DNA of 63,051 nucleotides, the filler included, from Platydemus manokwari (taxonomy: Eukaryota): the NCBI GenBank assembly GCA_037951405.1. It is 6 parts of 6 records of this genome, joined end to end, with 100 filler letters (N's around TTAATTAATTAA, not from the genome) between each part and the next. Parts side by side here need not be neighbours in the genome. Positions count along the whole stretch, not along the records: positions 42,876 to 53,476 come from JBBMOY011121107.1; positions 53,577 to 63,051 come from JBBMOY011243652.1; 4 more parts are not named here. The stretch is one strand, 5' to 3'. Under the pieces are notes generated by a model. That model ran no database searches and was not told the DNA's origin. It was given only the letters and a program-made list of their open reading frames with translations. Below, one piece after another: positions 51,975-63,051 of this stretch (positions within the stretch are counted from its first letter, which is position 1; every line of letters starts with the position of its first letter). The position numbers were made by a program, and so were the translations under genes.

Positions 51975-53476
51975 ATGCTGAGGATAAAAATAATCTTATG
52001 AGTGTTCTATTGAAATACAGAGATAGTTTTAGTACAGATCCAGAGGACTTAAGAAAATGGGAGATCGTGAAATAAAATATCAAAACAAGCGTTGACAACC
52101 AATAGCTATCAAATCTCGTAGAATTCTATTGGGGTTAGAAGACGAAGCTAAACATCTAATAGATTGGATGTTGGAATCAAACGTTATTAGTCCAAGTAAT
52201 TCAGCATGGAATTTCCCAATAGTGCTAGTCAGGAAAAAAGATGGAATGACTAGAATGTACGTAGATTATAAGAAGCTAAATGTAGCTGCATCTAGACCAA
52301 TTATTCTTATGCCAAATTCCGAAGAAATATTCAATGCTGTACAAGGATTTAAATATTTTTCAACAATAGATTTGACGAATGAATATCATCAAGTTGAATT
52401 GAAGGAAGAAGCAAAAGAAAAAGCAGCATTCAGCACTAGATATGGACAGTTTCAGTTTAATCGATTGCCTTTTGGATTATGTTCACCACCTGCAACTTTT
52501 CAGAAACTAATGAATGTCGTGTTGAATACTAAAATTTGAACAAACTGTGTAATCTATCTAGATGATATTCTGATATTTGGAAGAAGAGTCAAAGAACACA
52601 ATGGAAGGTTGGAAAGAATTTTGAATCGAATCGATGTGGCTGTGTTAAAAATGGCTCCAAAAATGTTTTTTCTTAAGAAAAGAAATTAAGTATCTGGGAC
52701 ACGTGATTGACGAATAAAAAATTGGTTAAAACCTCAATGGTTTAAGGAACTACAGGAATTTTTGGGATTATGTGGTTATTATAGGCGGTTTATAAAAGTT
52801 TTGCTGGTATTACCTAACCGTCATACCAATTACTGAAGAAAGAGAGTAGATTTGAGTGGAACAAATTAGCAACTGCATCTTTTCACAAATTAAAAGCAAT
52901 AATTTCATCCAAAGAAGAAAAATATGTTTTGGATACTGATTCATCTTTCGGTGCTATAGGAGCCGCTCTTTCTTAAATACAAAACAGTAAAGAAGGAGTG
53001 ATAGTGTGTGCATCAAGAATATTGACAAAAGCACAGTGTAAATATTTTATAACAAGAAAAGAGTTTCTAGTCATCTATGTGTTTGTTAAAACATTTAAGC
53101 AATACTTATATTGTAAGACATTTATCGTCAGAACTGATCATGCAGTTCTGAAATGATTACTGATTTGGGATTCTCGAAATACATCACAATATTGTATATG
53201 GAAAGCAGAGCTATAAATATTTGAAATAGAAATAGAATATCGAAATGGCAAAGAACACATCAATACAAATGCCATATCACGATTTTCACATTGTGAGCAA
53301 TGCTTTATAAAGCACCAAAACCCACAAAAAAGGCTTAAAATAAAGGTGGACTATGGTAAAAGCGCAGTATCATGTAACGAAGATGAGAAGGTTTTGTGTC
53401 GAGTGGAACAAGAGAAGTTTTTATATCAGAATAAAGATGAAGAATTGAAAATGGTGATAAATGCAATTCTCAGCGG
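51975..53476 (+). mobile_element. Ty3/Gypsy pol remnant (RT and RNase H)
   Basis: SPSNSAWNFPIVLVRKKDGMTRMYVDYKKLN, FSTIDL, RLPFGLCSPPATFQ, YLDDILIFG, FLGLCGYYRRF, LDTDSSFGAIGA, RTDH. Stops and frameshifts; cut by the gap. Confidence 0.95.
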
Positions 53477-53576
53477 NNNNNNNNNNNNNNNNNNNNNNNN
53501 NNNNNNNNNNNNNNNNNNNNTTAATTAATTAANNNNNNNNNNNNNNNNNNNNNNNNNNNNNNNNNNNNNNNNNNNN
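53477..53576. other. Artificial contig linker
   Basis: N44-TTAATTAATTAA-N44. Confidence 0.97.
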
Positions 53577-53606
53577 CTTCCACATTTACAAGAAAATATA
53601 GCTATC

Positions 53607-53609
<3 letters not shown>

Positions 53610-53658
<49 letters not shown>
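53610..53658. repeat. (ATT)n microsatellite
   Basis: Directly visible. Confidence 0.9.
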
Positions 53659-53751
53659 TTATTTTTATTCCATCGTTGTTGATCTGTAGAAGCCATAATT
53701 CTGGTTCAGAAAACTTGAAATTTAACTCAATATAGAGAGAGTAAAATATTA

Positions 53752-53967
53752 ATGTTTATATTTCAGAAAATTTTTGTTCTACTGATTGTCTTCTCGACAC
53801 TAAGTTTATATGATGCCGCCGATACTTACCAATGTATTGTTCAATGCCAAATTGAATTATACCAATGCCAAAAAACTTGCAACTTGGGTACAGGTTGTGA
53901 TAAATGTGTTAAAGATGTACAGAAATGCTACAAAGTTTGCGAAGATTGCCCGAAGAAAGGACAATAA
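53752..53967 (+). CDS. Small secreted cysteine-rich peptide (71 aa)
   Basis: Signal-peptide-like KIFVLLIVFSTLSLYDA, then C-x3-C-x6-C-x3-C-x5-C-x2-C-x6-C-x3-C-x2-C. TTTCAG at 53761-53766 could instead be a splice acceptor. Confidence 0.7.
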   Translation: MFIFQKIFVLLIVFSTLSLYDAADTYQCIVQCQIELYQCQKTCNLGTGCDKCVKDVQKCYKVCEDCPKKGQ

Positions 53968-56169
53968 TGATGATAATTTTTTATTCGAATATATATAATC
54001 ACATATATGACTTGCTTATTTTCTGTGTATTAGTATAAAAAAGAGATTATTTTTTATTCTAATCTCAAGTCAATCCTCCTTCATAGCCAATGTCAGATTA
54101 AATTCTTTTAATACGTTTAAAGTTTATATAGCTATAACAAAAATATTGAGTAACTTAAACCTAAATGTAAGTAATTATTCTGTTAAGAGTTTCCGAAAAC
54201 TTTGTTTTTCGTTCAGATAATTTTTAAAAGACAACAATTAAGAAAGCCAGATTTTCATATTGAACCTTATGATGTGTTTCAAAACCAAAAGAGTCAGTAG
54301 TATATTTATATTTAAGATTTACTTCTTCGAATTATAGGCAATATTGAGGAAGAAATCTTACACAAAAATTTGTGATAAAATTCGAAATCAATCTGTGTGT
54401 CTTGCTTTGGATATCCATCTTAATTTTTATATTAAAAATTTAATTATTCTGAAATGTAATTATATTGATAAATTAACCTGCACGTTTTTTATAAGTACCA
54501 AAAATTGACCTCTAATAATTTTAAAGCTATCTAAGAGTAAAAAAAATAATTGCTCATGGCAATTTTGAAATCAATCATTAAGGAATTTGAAATTGAATCC
54601 CGTTTTCTCCATAATCAAATCTTTCTTGATTCTCCCTTCCCACACCATTTCGGTATTCATCAAAGTTTTTGACACAAAATTCTAGTCGTCTTTCGTTAAA
54701 TTCATTGGATGAATGACTGAAAATTCATGAACATTGTTTATTCTTTTCACCTACAACTCTTTGATAACTGTGCACACAGTATTGTTTGTGCACAGCGAAA
54801 CATCTTTGCCAGTCATACTATGAATTTCGTAAATTTAAAATTAACCAATAACTAAGTATCAGTAAACATAAACTTGAACTTATTTCTAGAACTGAACTCA
54901 ATGTTTTAAAATGCAGATTTCATTTATTTAAAATTCATTAAAATTCTGAAAAGAATTAATTCAATCAATCAGAACTCATTACTCTCAAAATTATCTTGAG
55001 AGGCATTTTTTTAAATTTACATCTCCTGTGTAATTGATAACTTAATCATCTGTGTGATCCGCAAAATGATTTAGCAGCTTTTGATAAAATCTATTGATAT
55101 AACCTGGTTAGAAAATAATAAACCTCTTAAATTTTATTTTTCTTACATCACCAATTAAATCAACAACCACGAAGTTACGTACAATTCAATTTCACAGCTC
55201 CTTTAAAATAAATAATTCTACAACTTCAAGCTTTATTTTGGTCTCTTTTTAAAGATAAAGGAAATCCAAAATTAAAAAATAATTAACGTTCTCCAAAATC
55301 ATCTTTCTGTTGTTAAAATTTCATAAAACTGAAATTCCATATGACTTTCTTGATGGAAACATGACTTCGTATATACGTGGCGTTTTTTGTCTCACTCGTT
55401 TTATTTCATAATTATTGTAATTTTATAATAATATTAATTCAAATCGCAATCAGTTCACCCGAAATATAAAATAATGTCGAGAAATACTACCCATAGAAGG
55501 CAGACAGGTGTCTTCTTTCATGAACCTGTTGTCTATGTAGACTTGTTCTACTGCAGTATTCCTTTGCATTTATTAGAACTGTTATGCCTGGTATTTTATA
55601 AATGTATCTCGATATTAATTGATGATCTCAACCAATTGACAATCGCAATCCAAGCAGAGACTGATAATCTTTGAATCTATGATTTGTAACCGACAGATAT
55701 ATCAGTCCTTCACAGCTAGTTTCCATGATTTCCATAGGTATTTTTGATCGGATTATTCACATAATCCACAATAGTTTTGATCTAATATCTCAAGATTATT
55801 TATAGCAAAAGAAAATTCAAATTAAAAATATCTAAGCAAAACAATAATACCTAAAAATTGAAGGAAAAAACCCATAATTTAATATCTCTAAAAGATAATA
55901 AATTACAAAATAATTCGTCGTAGTAGGATTATTGCCAAAATGACTATTTGAAAGAGAAGAATTTGTATAACTAAAGATATAACAAAATCAAAATACAATT
56001 AAAAAAACCAAGGTGTGTAAAGCAATCGATGATCAAACCTTAATGAAAAAAATCATTTAAAAAAACATCCAAATGATAATTTAAAAAGTTAATAAAAAGA
56101 AATATATCTCAAAAATCCAATGCCCAATTGATTCATTCTTATGCTTAAGGATTTTTACTACTATTACCT

Positions 56170-56453
56170 TTAATCGAAATATTTAATATTTTAACTTAAT
56201 ATTTCAATTTACGACAAAGATTTTCTTTTAAAACTGCCTTGATTAAATATTATCATTATTTAACGACCAAAGCTTTTCCAATTAATTTAAAATTAAGATT
56301 ATTTTGTTGTTCTTTTAACAGGAATAAAAATAAAAAGGCAAGGTAATATTTTGCACATCCAATTATTTACATAATAATAAAAAGTGATACTAATATACAT
56401 CGATATCATAACACGCATTGTCTTTAAGGTCTATTTTTCTCGGAACCCCAACA
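56170..56453. repeat. Dispersed repeat, second copy of 26420-26722
   Basis: Colinear similarity ending CTATTTTTCTCGGAACCCCAACA. Confidence 0.75.
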
Positions 56454-57189
56454 TTGGGATTGGGATCCTATTTTTTGGTAGAACGAAGATTGAGGAGATA
56501 ATTGAGAAGGTTGTAAGAATTGCGAAAGTGATCATAATCCATCTCTGTAATACTCTGATAAATTTAAAAATGTAGTGAACTTTTTGGATATTCAATATAA
56601 ACAACTATTTCAATCTAACAGTACAATGCAATAATAAGTATTTTTTTCAAATTTAGTTGAACATTTTTCGTAAAAGATTCAGATATCAAGTATTCGAAAA
56701 CATAGCTATGGTAAATAACATTGGCTGAATAAAAGGAAATACTTATATTTTGTCAATGAAATAATCTACTCACTCGTTCTTAAAATAATCGTGAAAAAAA
56801 TCGTTTGTGTCTGTTGATAGAGTTGAAATTTTTGTTTCTTATTATTGTTGGGTTTTGGTCTTATAAGTTATTACTCCCAACACAAGTGAGCTCTTCAAAG
56901 CTGATCTAATTTAAATTCAAATCAACTCTCTCGACTATCAGTCTATTATTAAATAACTATGTAAAAATACATTATCGATTAAAATCACAACTATATGAAT
57001 TTGTAAAAACAATTATTAAATAATAAATCAAAAACTAAAGACACTTTTATAAAAAAAAGTCCGCTATTGAAAATCAAAAACAAATTACAAAGTTTTCAGA
57101 ATAATTTACAATTATTGATTTATTAATAAATCGGACCAACAATAAAGTTATTTAATCTACAACAAACTTAAGTTTAGCTCAAACAATTT

Positions 57190-58060
57190 ATGGTATGTGA
57201 GTGGTCGATTCGAATTTGACGAAAAGACCTATAAGTAATGATTTTCAATAATATAGATTTGAAAATATGTTTTTTTCGTTCTAGCAACCGCCGCATTTTC
57301 GAGTTGATTTCGTTTAAGCAAAGTATCCAATACTGCCAATTGTGTTGTAATTGAAGCTTGTGGATCTTTCAAAGTCTATGGATTCTTCGTCTGGAAACAA
57401 GTATCGTTGTCAGCAGTTTTTCTGTTTTAAAGTTTTTGCTTTATAAGAGTTTTCTTTCTCTGTTTCTGCAATTATTCCTGTAATGAATCATTTTGCGAGT
57501 AATTTACCGACAATATTTTGGAAATTCGAAAATGGAACCTCAAACCTGAATTTTCTTGAACATTAAAAGCACTTTTTGTCAACTACCGGACAAGCTATTG
57601 TCTGTGTAATCCAAAGTCTAGTTAAACACAAAATATCAATCGTTCAACACAGAGCCCGTTCTCGAAGAATGAAAATAGCCAATTCGATTTAGTCTTCATT
57701 TCGCGAGTCGGTCAATATCGATTTTATAAAAATTTTCAAAATCTTATGTAAAGATTCTAAATGGAATTTTTATTCTTTCCATGATGATATTGGTCAATTT
57801 GAAATTTCGTTCTTCTTTTGTTGATATGCGATGGTTGGCAGATCAAAGATGATCAGAAAGCATTGATTTAGAGGCCTCTAACTGACTATCCAGAGCATAT
57901 TAGCTAAAGATGTACGGGCTGGTATGGCCAATTTCAAAGATTTTAATAGCAATTTTGGATCATGTTCGACATACTGACCTCAAATCTTCACATAAGTCAA
58001 AGGGCGACCTCTTAAGCTCGAAGCTTTCATGCGCTGTCTGCATACAATCATCGTTCAACA
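57190..58060 (-). mobile_element. Possible decayed retrotransposon gag-like region
   Basis: Raised GC and broken helical coding-like frames (LKLRGRPL..., LESLHKDFENFIK...). No diagnostic motif is intact. Confidence 0.25.
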
Positions 58061-58283
58061 TTTCGATTAACAATTAAAATTTCAGTTTATTAGTAGAAAT
58101 TACAAAACACCATTTTAAACAAAAATTCAAGACAAATAAAATGTGTTTATAAGCGAGAAAATTCAAAAAAAAATAATAATTGAATACATATTCTCACCAA
58201 TAAATAGGCTAAATAGTCTTTTAAGCGCTTAGCATGTGATAAATACCTATATCGACACCATATAATTTTGGAAACAAAATGAA

Positions 58284-58865
58284 TTAAACGGGATCATTAC
58301 TTTGGATTGGATGAAATATTTTTCCTTTATTACAATTATAACAACGAAAAACACGCACAATCAAATAAACGATAACGATAATGACAATAGGAAAAGCTAC
58401 GACAGCAACAACAACATACACCCAGAAAAGCTTAACGACGGCGATATCCTTGGAATCTGTGCTCAATTCATTACAAACGTCTATAACCGGAATGACATCC
58501 AATTTGACAATCGTTTCGTGATCCACCAATCCGTGATTGTCATATAGAATATTGACAAATTTGAAATAATCCAACGTTTGATTAAATGGTTTCAATATTC
58601 CACCACAATCCATCGATAAATAATTACAATAATAAATGATAACATGTTTCATTTACACTACTTTATGATCCTCGCTATCGCTGAAAGCGATTTCTAAGTA
58701 AGGACATCTGTTTAGTGATTGGGATTTCCAAATCATTTGACGCGGTGACATTAGATTCAATTATTTGTAATCGACATTGCAATGGTTTGTTTAGAGGAGG
58801 TAATATGGAAATTTTAAATGAACATTTGGATGATATGGTGATGTTGTCTTGACAATTGGACGAAT
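58284..58865 (-). pseudogene. Single-pass membrane protein terminal exon, apparently disrupted
   Basis: Acceptor gtttag| at 58865. The 58652-58284 ORF carries TM LFWVYVVVAVVAFPIVIIVIVYLIV and a short tail. The upstream part has three in-frame TAA codons in that frame; an alternative frame is open for about 60 codons before a stop. Confidence 0.45.
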
Positions 58866-59788
58866 CTAAACATTATAAAATTTATTAACACTAAACTCGG
58901 CAAAATAAAAATGACTAATAATAGTCCATGTTAAGATTGTATGGACATCGGATAATATAAACAATACAAGAATAAATACCTTATTTAACATCCTGACTAA
59001 ACATGACAAATAGAGTCCTTAAAAAAGTTTTAAAATTGTGAAGTGTATTGCAAAAATTTATATAGATTAATTTATTATATTCTTTAAAAACATTTTGAAT
59101 TTTGATTTTATGTATTTAAGAAGAATTTCAGTTGTTTAAAATCAAATATTAAATTGATTTGAGCTTCAAAATCTCTTAAAATTTGATTATTTGAAAAAGA
59201 GATCAAAGTAGGTCGAATTGCAATTTATTGAAAATTATCGAGAACCCCTGTTTTAACATTAGATATTCTCAATTTTTACAATTATCATTTTTCAACAATT
59301 TACAATAATAACCAATGATATTATTAAACATGTCTCTAGTTAACTAACTTGATTTATAATTAAAATAAATTTAAAAATTTAAAAACCCAAACAATCATAT
59401 AGAAGTGTTGTGATTAGAATGGGAACTTGGTTTTAAAACTATGTTTTGTAATTATTAAATAACTTAAAAAATGATATATAAACTGAATTAAACGAATACA
59501 TCAAAAATAGCAGTTATATATAAAATTTAGTATAAAATTCTCTTATGCGCGAAAACTCCTTATAACAAAAATGAATGTTAAAGGACCTTTTTTTCTAACT
59601 TAAGCCGATAAATTTTATAAAATAATAACAACTAATTTCACTAAAAATTTTAAAAATATTTTTTAAAATTATATTTATTTCTTATTTCTGCCATATTTAA
59701 TCAATAGTTTTTCACATGAATATTGTTCGCTAGATATAACTGGCGATTCATATATCCCCGTCTCAAAAACTCAAATAAAAGAAGAATA

Positions 59789-60286
59789 TTAGAAAAGTTT
59801 TATATTTTTCTCCTTGAGGTATCTGTAAACAGAAGTTTGTGAAGCGACACACAATCTTGCAGTTTCTCGTTGATTTGTGCCCCAATTTCGTTTTACAAAA
59901 TTTGACGCCCTTTCCTTCATGATTTCGTCAGGTCTTCGTGATTGCAACCTAGTAGATAAGTTTCCAGTTTCTTCAATTTTCTGTTTCCAGTATTTCACTG
60001 TTGTCCTAGCTGGTGGTACACGATTGAAATGTTGAAATTGTTGGCAAGCTTTGGCATTACTCTGGTACACTAGTGCATGACTAACCATAAACACTCTATC
60101 CACAAGCGAAAATTTAACATCACCAGCTGCTTTCGCCATATTGCAATAATGCCTCTGATTAATAAGAAATAAGAAATAAAGTACATCAATCAGTAAATAA
60201 TAATTAATATCAATGAGTGTAAATATGTGAGTATAAGTTATATTGTGTTTTTTGTTTTATTTAACTTTTATTTGTAACATCCTTTG
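59789..60286 (-). mobile_element. Tc1/mariner-superfamily 5' fragment (DUF4817 HTH transposase N-terminus)
   Basis: FSLVDRVFMV...FQHFNRVPPARTTVKYWKQKIEETGNL...RRP...SQTSVYRYLK. Probable left end TA|CAAAGGATGTTACAAAT at 60286. Confidence 0.8.
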
Positions 60287-61028
60287 TAATATTTAATGTC
60301 TGCTTGGTATCGATTTATTAAGAAGCTTTTACCTTTTCATTTTCAGAGTTAAATAGGATTATTACTTTAAATACGGATTGATTTTTAATGTGTTCTGATG
60401 TTAAGATTAAGAACAATAGAAAAATATCCGTTTAGAAAATAGATAACTTTGGTGTCACAAGAACAATGAAGTATATCGATTATTGTTTAGTTAATGTTTG
60501 CAATATAAATTAGATGATAGTCTTAATAAAAATTATGGAAATAGTATAGGGTACAAGTAAGTAATAGATATAGGAAATGTATAGATGGACGCAATATGTT
60601 TCATTAAATTGATTAGCTATATTTCGAAAATTCCAAACCAAGTTCCCAACTAAATATCGCTTTTAAATATTCTTAAAAAAGAAATTTCAGAGATAATTGT
60701 CTCAAACATATTAGATAAAGTTTTTTTTTCATTCCATCAATTAAATTTTATAACTCAAATTTCCTTATAACACAGTTTTGTTTTGAATTTTTCCTTTAAA
60801 TTTATTTTAAACTTTCCTTTGTTTAATATTTATAAAAAATAATAAATGCAAAACATAGTGATAATATATTTTCAGATACCAAATTAGAAATTTAAATGAA
60901 AATAGTTTCAAAATAAATAAAGCGAGTGATTAACTGCTGGGTTATTCTAAAATGTGTTCAGAAATCCTTTTTGTTCAAGGCAAAAGATGTTTGATTGGGC
61001 TAATAAAAATGATGACGCCCGAGCAACT

Positions 61029-61616
61029 TTATTTGCACGTGTAATCAATTTGTTCAATAGGTAAACAAATGTTGTTAACTAATCTCCAAACTTTAAAATT
61101 AATATATCTTCCAATACAAAATCCAAATATTCGCAGCAATTTAGTAGCATTAGTTGGTGTATTGATTTTGTTATTTCTTCCTGCAACGATAAATCTCCAA
61201 TTGTTTGACAATGCCATTTTCATTAACAAATCAATATCAAATATTGATGATGCTACAATTCCGAATACAAGATTTTTAGTTTCAATGTACTTATTAAAAT
61301 TTTCAATCGAATGATAGCAATTATAGTAACTGGTGCATTTCCCATCAGTCAAATGAGTCACCATATTATTGGCCAAATATTGAATATCTGACCGATAGTT
61401 ATTAAGACTCAACACAAAATTAAGAGAAGTCCAAACAATTAATCGGCTTGATTTGTATTGTGCTAGCGCAGAATAAGTGTATTTATTATGTGAAGGAGGA
61501 GCAAGATGTTCTATTTGACTATTTTCTTTAATACGAAATTGGTTTGTCAAGGTGTGAATTGAAGCCACTGGTATATTTTTTAATATTTGATATCTTGCAG
61601 TTGTTGGATTAACGAA
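61029..61616 (-). CDS. Exon 2 of the PAN/apple-domain secreted protein (uncharacterised domain)
   Basis: Acceptor ttacag|TTC at 61616, in frame with the 179-aa ORF. The 3' end (stop at 61029 or an internal donor) is uncertain. Confidence 0.55.
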   Translation of the reverse strand, partial: FVNPTTARYQILKNIPVASIHTLTNQFRIKENSQIEHLAPPSHNKYTYSALAQYKSSRLIVWTSLNFVLSLNNYRSDIQYLANNMVTHLTDGKCTSYYNCYHSIENFNKYIETKNLVFGIVASSIFDIDLLMKMALSNNWRFIVAGRNNKINTPTNATKLLRIFGFCIGRYINFKVWRLVNNICLPIEQIDYTCK

Positions 61617-61668
61617 CTGTAAAGATCAAATATCAATCAATAATCGCATTTACATAAAATATTCTCAC

Positions 61669-61941
61669 TTTTGATGCATGATTATCCTTGAAACATGCCT
61701 TCACATAATTGCATATGTTTCTTGTTTCACAAGTTCGATCGAATGTGTAAAAATTACATTGTAATTTTAGCTCATCAAAATGAAATACCTCACAATTAAC
61801 TGTAATGCATTGAATGACACAATTGGAAATATCCCTAATATCGGTTGTAGTTGTTGGTTCATATACGCAAACCATTTTACCAATGAATCTCACTTGGCAT
61901 TGCACAAATGTTAAACTGGAAATAATTAGAATGATTCTCAT
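61669..61941 (-). CDS. Secreted protein with N-terminal PAN/apple-like domain, exon 1
   Basis: Signal peptide MRIILIISSLTFVQC; PAN pattern DISNCVIQCITVNCEVFHFDELKLQCNFY. Donor AAA|gtgaga at 61669, 52-bp intron. Confidence 0.7.
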
Positions 61942-63051
61942 TTATTGAAATGATATCTCAATTTTTTTAATAATTTCTCTAGATATGAACATTTCTCGTA
62001 ATGTCTGTAACTGACCAATAACTTATCATTATTTTACTGTTTTTTCAATGCTTGCATTTGTGAACTTTTGTTTAAATATTGCTATGGTTTCTTTTTTAAA
62101 ACAATAATGTTTTCTAATTATAGATGTGACAATATTATTAATAATATTTAAAATTAAATAAATTATGGTATTATCTCCATGGAAATAATCTATAATATAA
62201 TATAAGATGTTTTAATTAAAAATAGGGATGAGGATAAAACCATTTTAATAAATTTCGAATCTGATATTAATGAATAAATAATTAAAAAGCCTTTAAAATA
62301 CATCTTGTATCAAAATATAGAATAACTAAGTTTTTATTGATTTTCTCAATTTTCTTTGAGATTTTGACAACATCAAATGCATGTAAAATAAGCTATCAAA
62401 ATAGTAAAAACTTAAAAAAAGTATTTGGCCTACCAATCCAAACAAAATTTGTGTAATTTTTCTGAACATTCATGTTATAGTGCTTGACAAATTTGTGTTT
62501 TATTTTTAAATTAAATAAAAATTCATGAATTGATAAATCATCTCAAACGAAATTTATAATTTGTGCAAAGGCAATTTTGTACTGCGTTTTTTTAATAAAA
62601 ATACTATTCTCAGTGCCTATATAAATCAATAAAAATACTTGAATTTATTATTGTTTTTTACAATACATATTAGATATCGAGTCTTTATTTAATATGATTT
62701 ATATTCATCTAATGCTAGAAATCTATTAATATAATTTGTATTTTTACTATAATGTTAATTTCTATGTAAAATCTAAACACAATTACGAATTATTAAAGTG
62801 AATTATCAATATTTTATCAATAATTATAAATTTATTTATGATAAACACTACTAGATGATTAGTAATTAAAAATTTAAATGTAACTATTAACAATCTCTCA
62901 TTATGTTAATGATATATAAATTAATTTATGACTGAGCTAATAATGTAGAAACCTATTGAAGTTATTCTAATTATTATCAAAAAATACTCAAATTTATGCG
63001 AATATAACAACTTTTGTTATACAATGCGACATATAGGTAGATTGGAAAGCC

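Noticed and set aside
58653-58795. Recurrent in-frame TAA codons as evidence of stop-codon reassignment
   Set aside because: Intact host genes here contain no internal TAA and several end in TAA. The decayed ORFs also have TAG, TGA and frameshifts, as expected from ordinary mutation.

Overview
Very AT-rich eukaryotic (animal) genomic DNA. The 46-61 bp introns, (ATT)n tracts and gene set fit a free-living flatworm such as a planarian, but that is inference. The window is six contigs joined by an artificial 100-bp linker (N44-TTAATTAATTAA-N44), so adjacency across gaps is not reliable. Host genes: the 3' part of a Frizzled-1/2/7-type receptor; two head-to-head SLCO/OATP paralogs whose 5' exons are intact but whose 3' halves look decayed; most of a GRAMD1/Aster (VASt) sterol-transfer gene; an intronless acidic protein; a small secreted Cys-rich peptide; and a PAN/apple-domain secreted protein near a disrupted single-pass membrane exon. 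Mobile DNA: decayed Maverick/Polinton (adintovirus-like) modules at three contig ends (capsid plus DUF8207-like ORF, protein-primed PolB, and a membrane protein with YPxL and PSAP motifs), Gypsy gag/pol remnants, a probable solo LTR, mariner/Tc1/pogo remnants, and pogo-type and hAT MITEs. All family assignments come from motif recognition by eye; no database searches were run.
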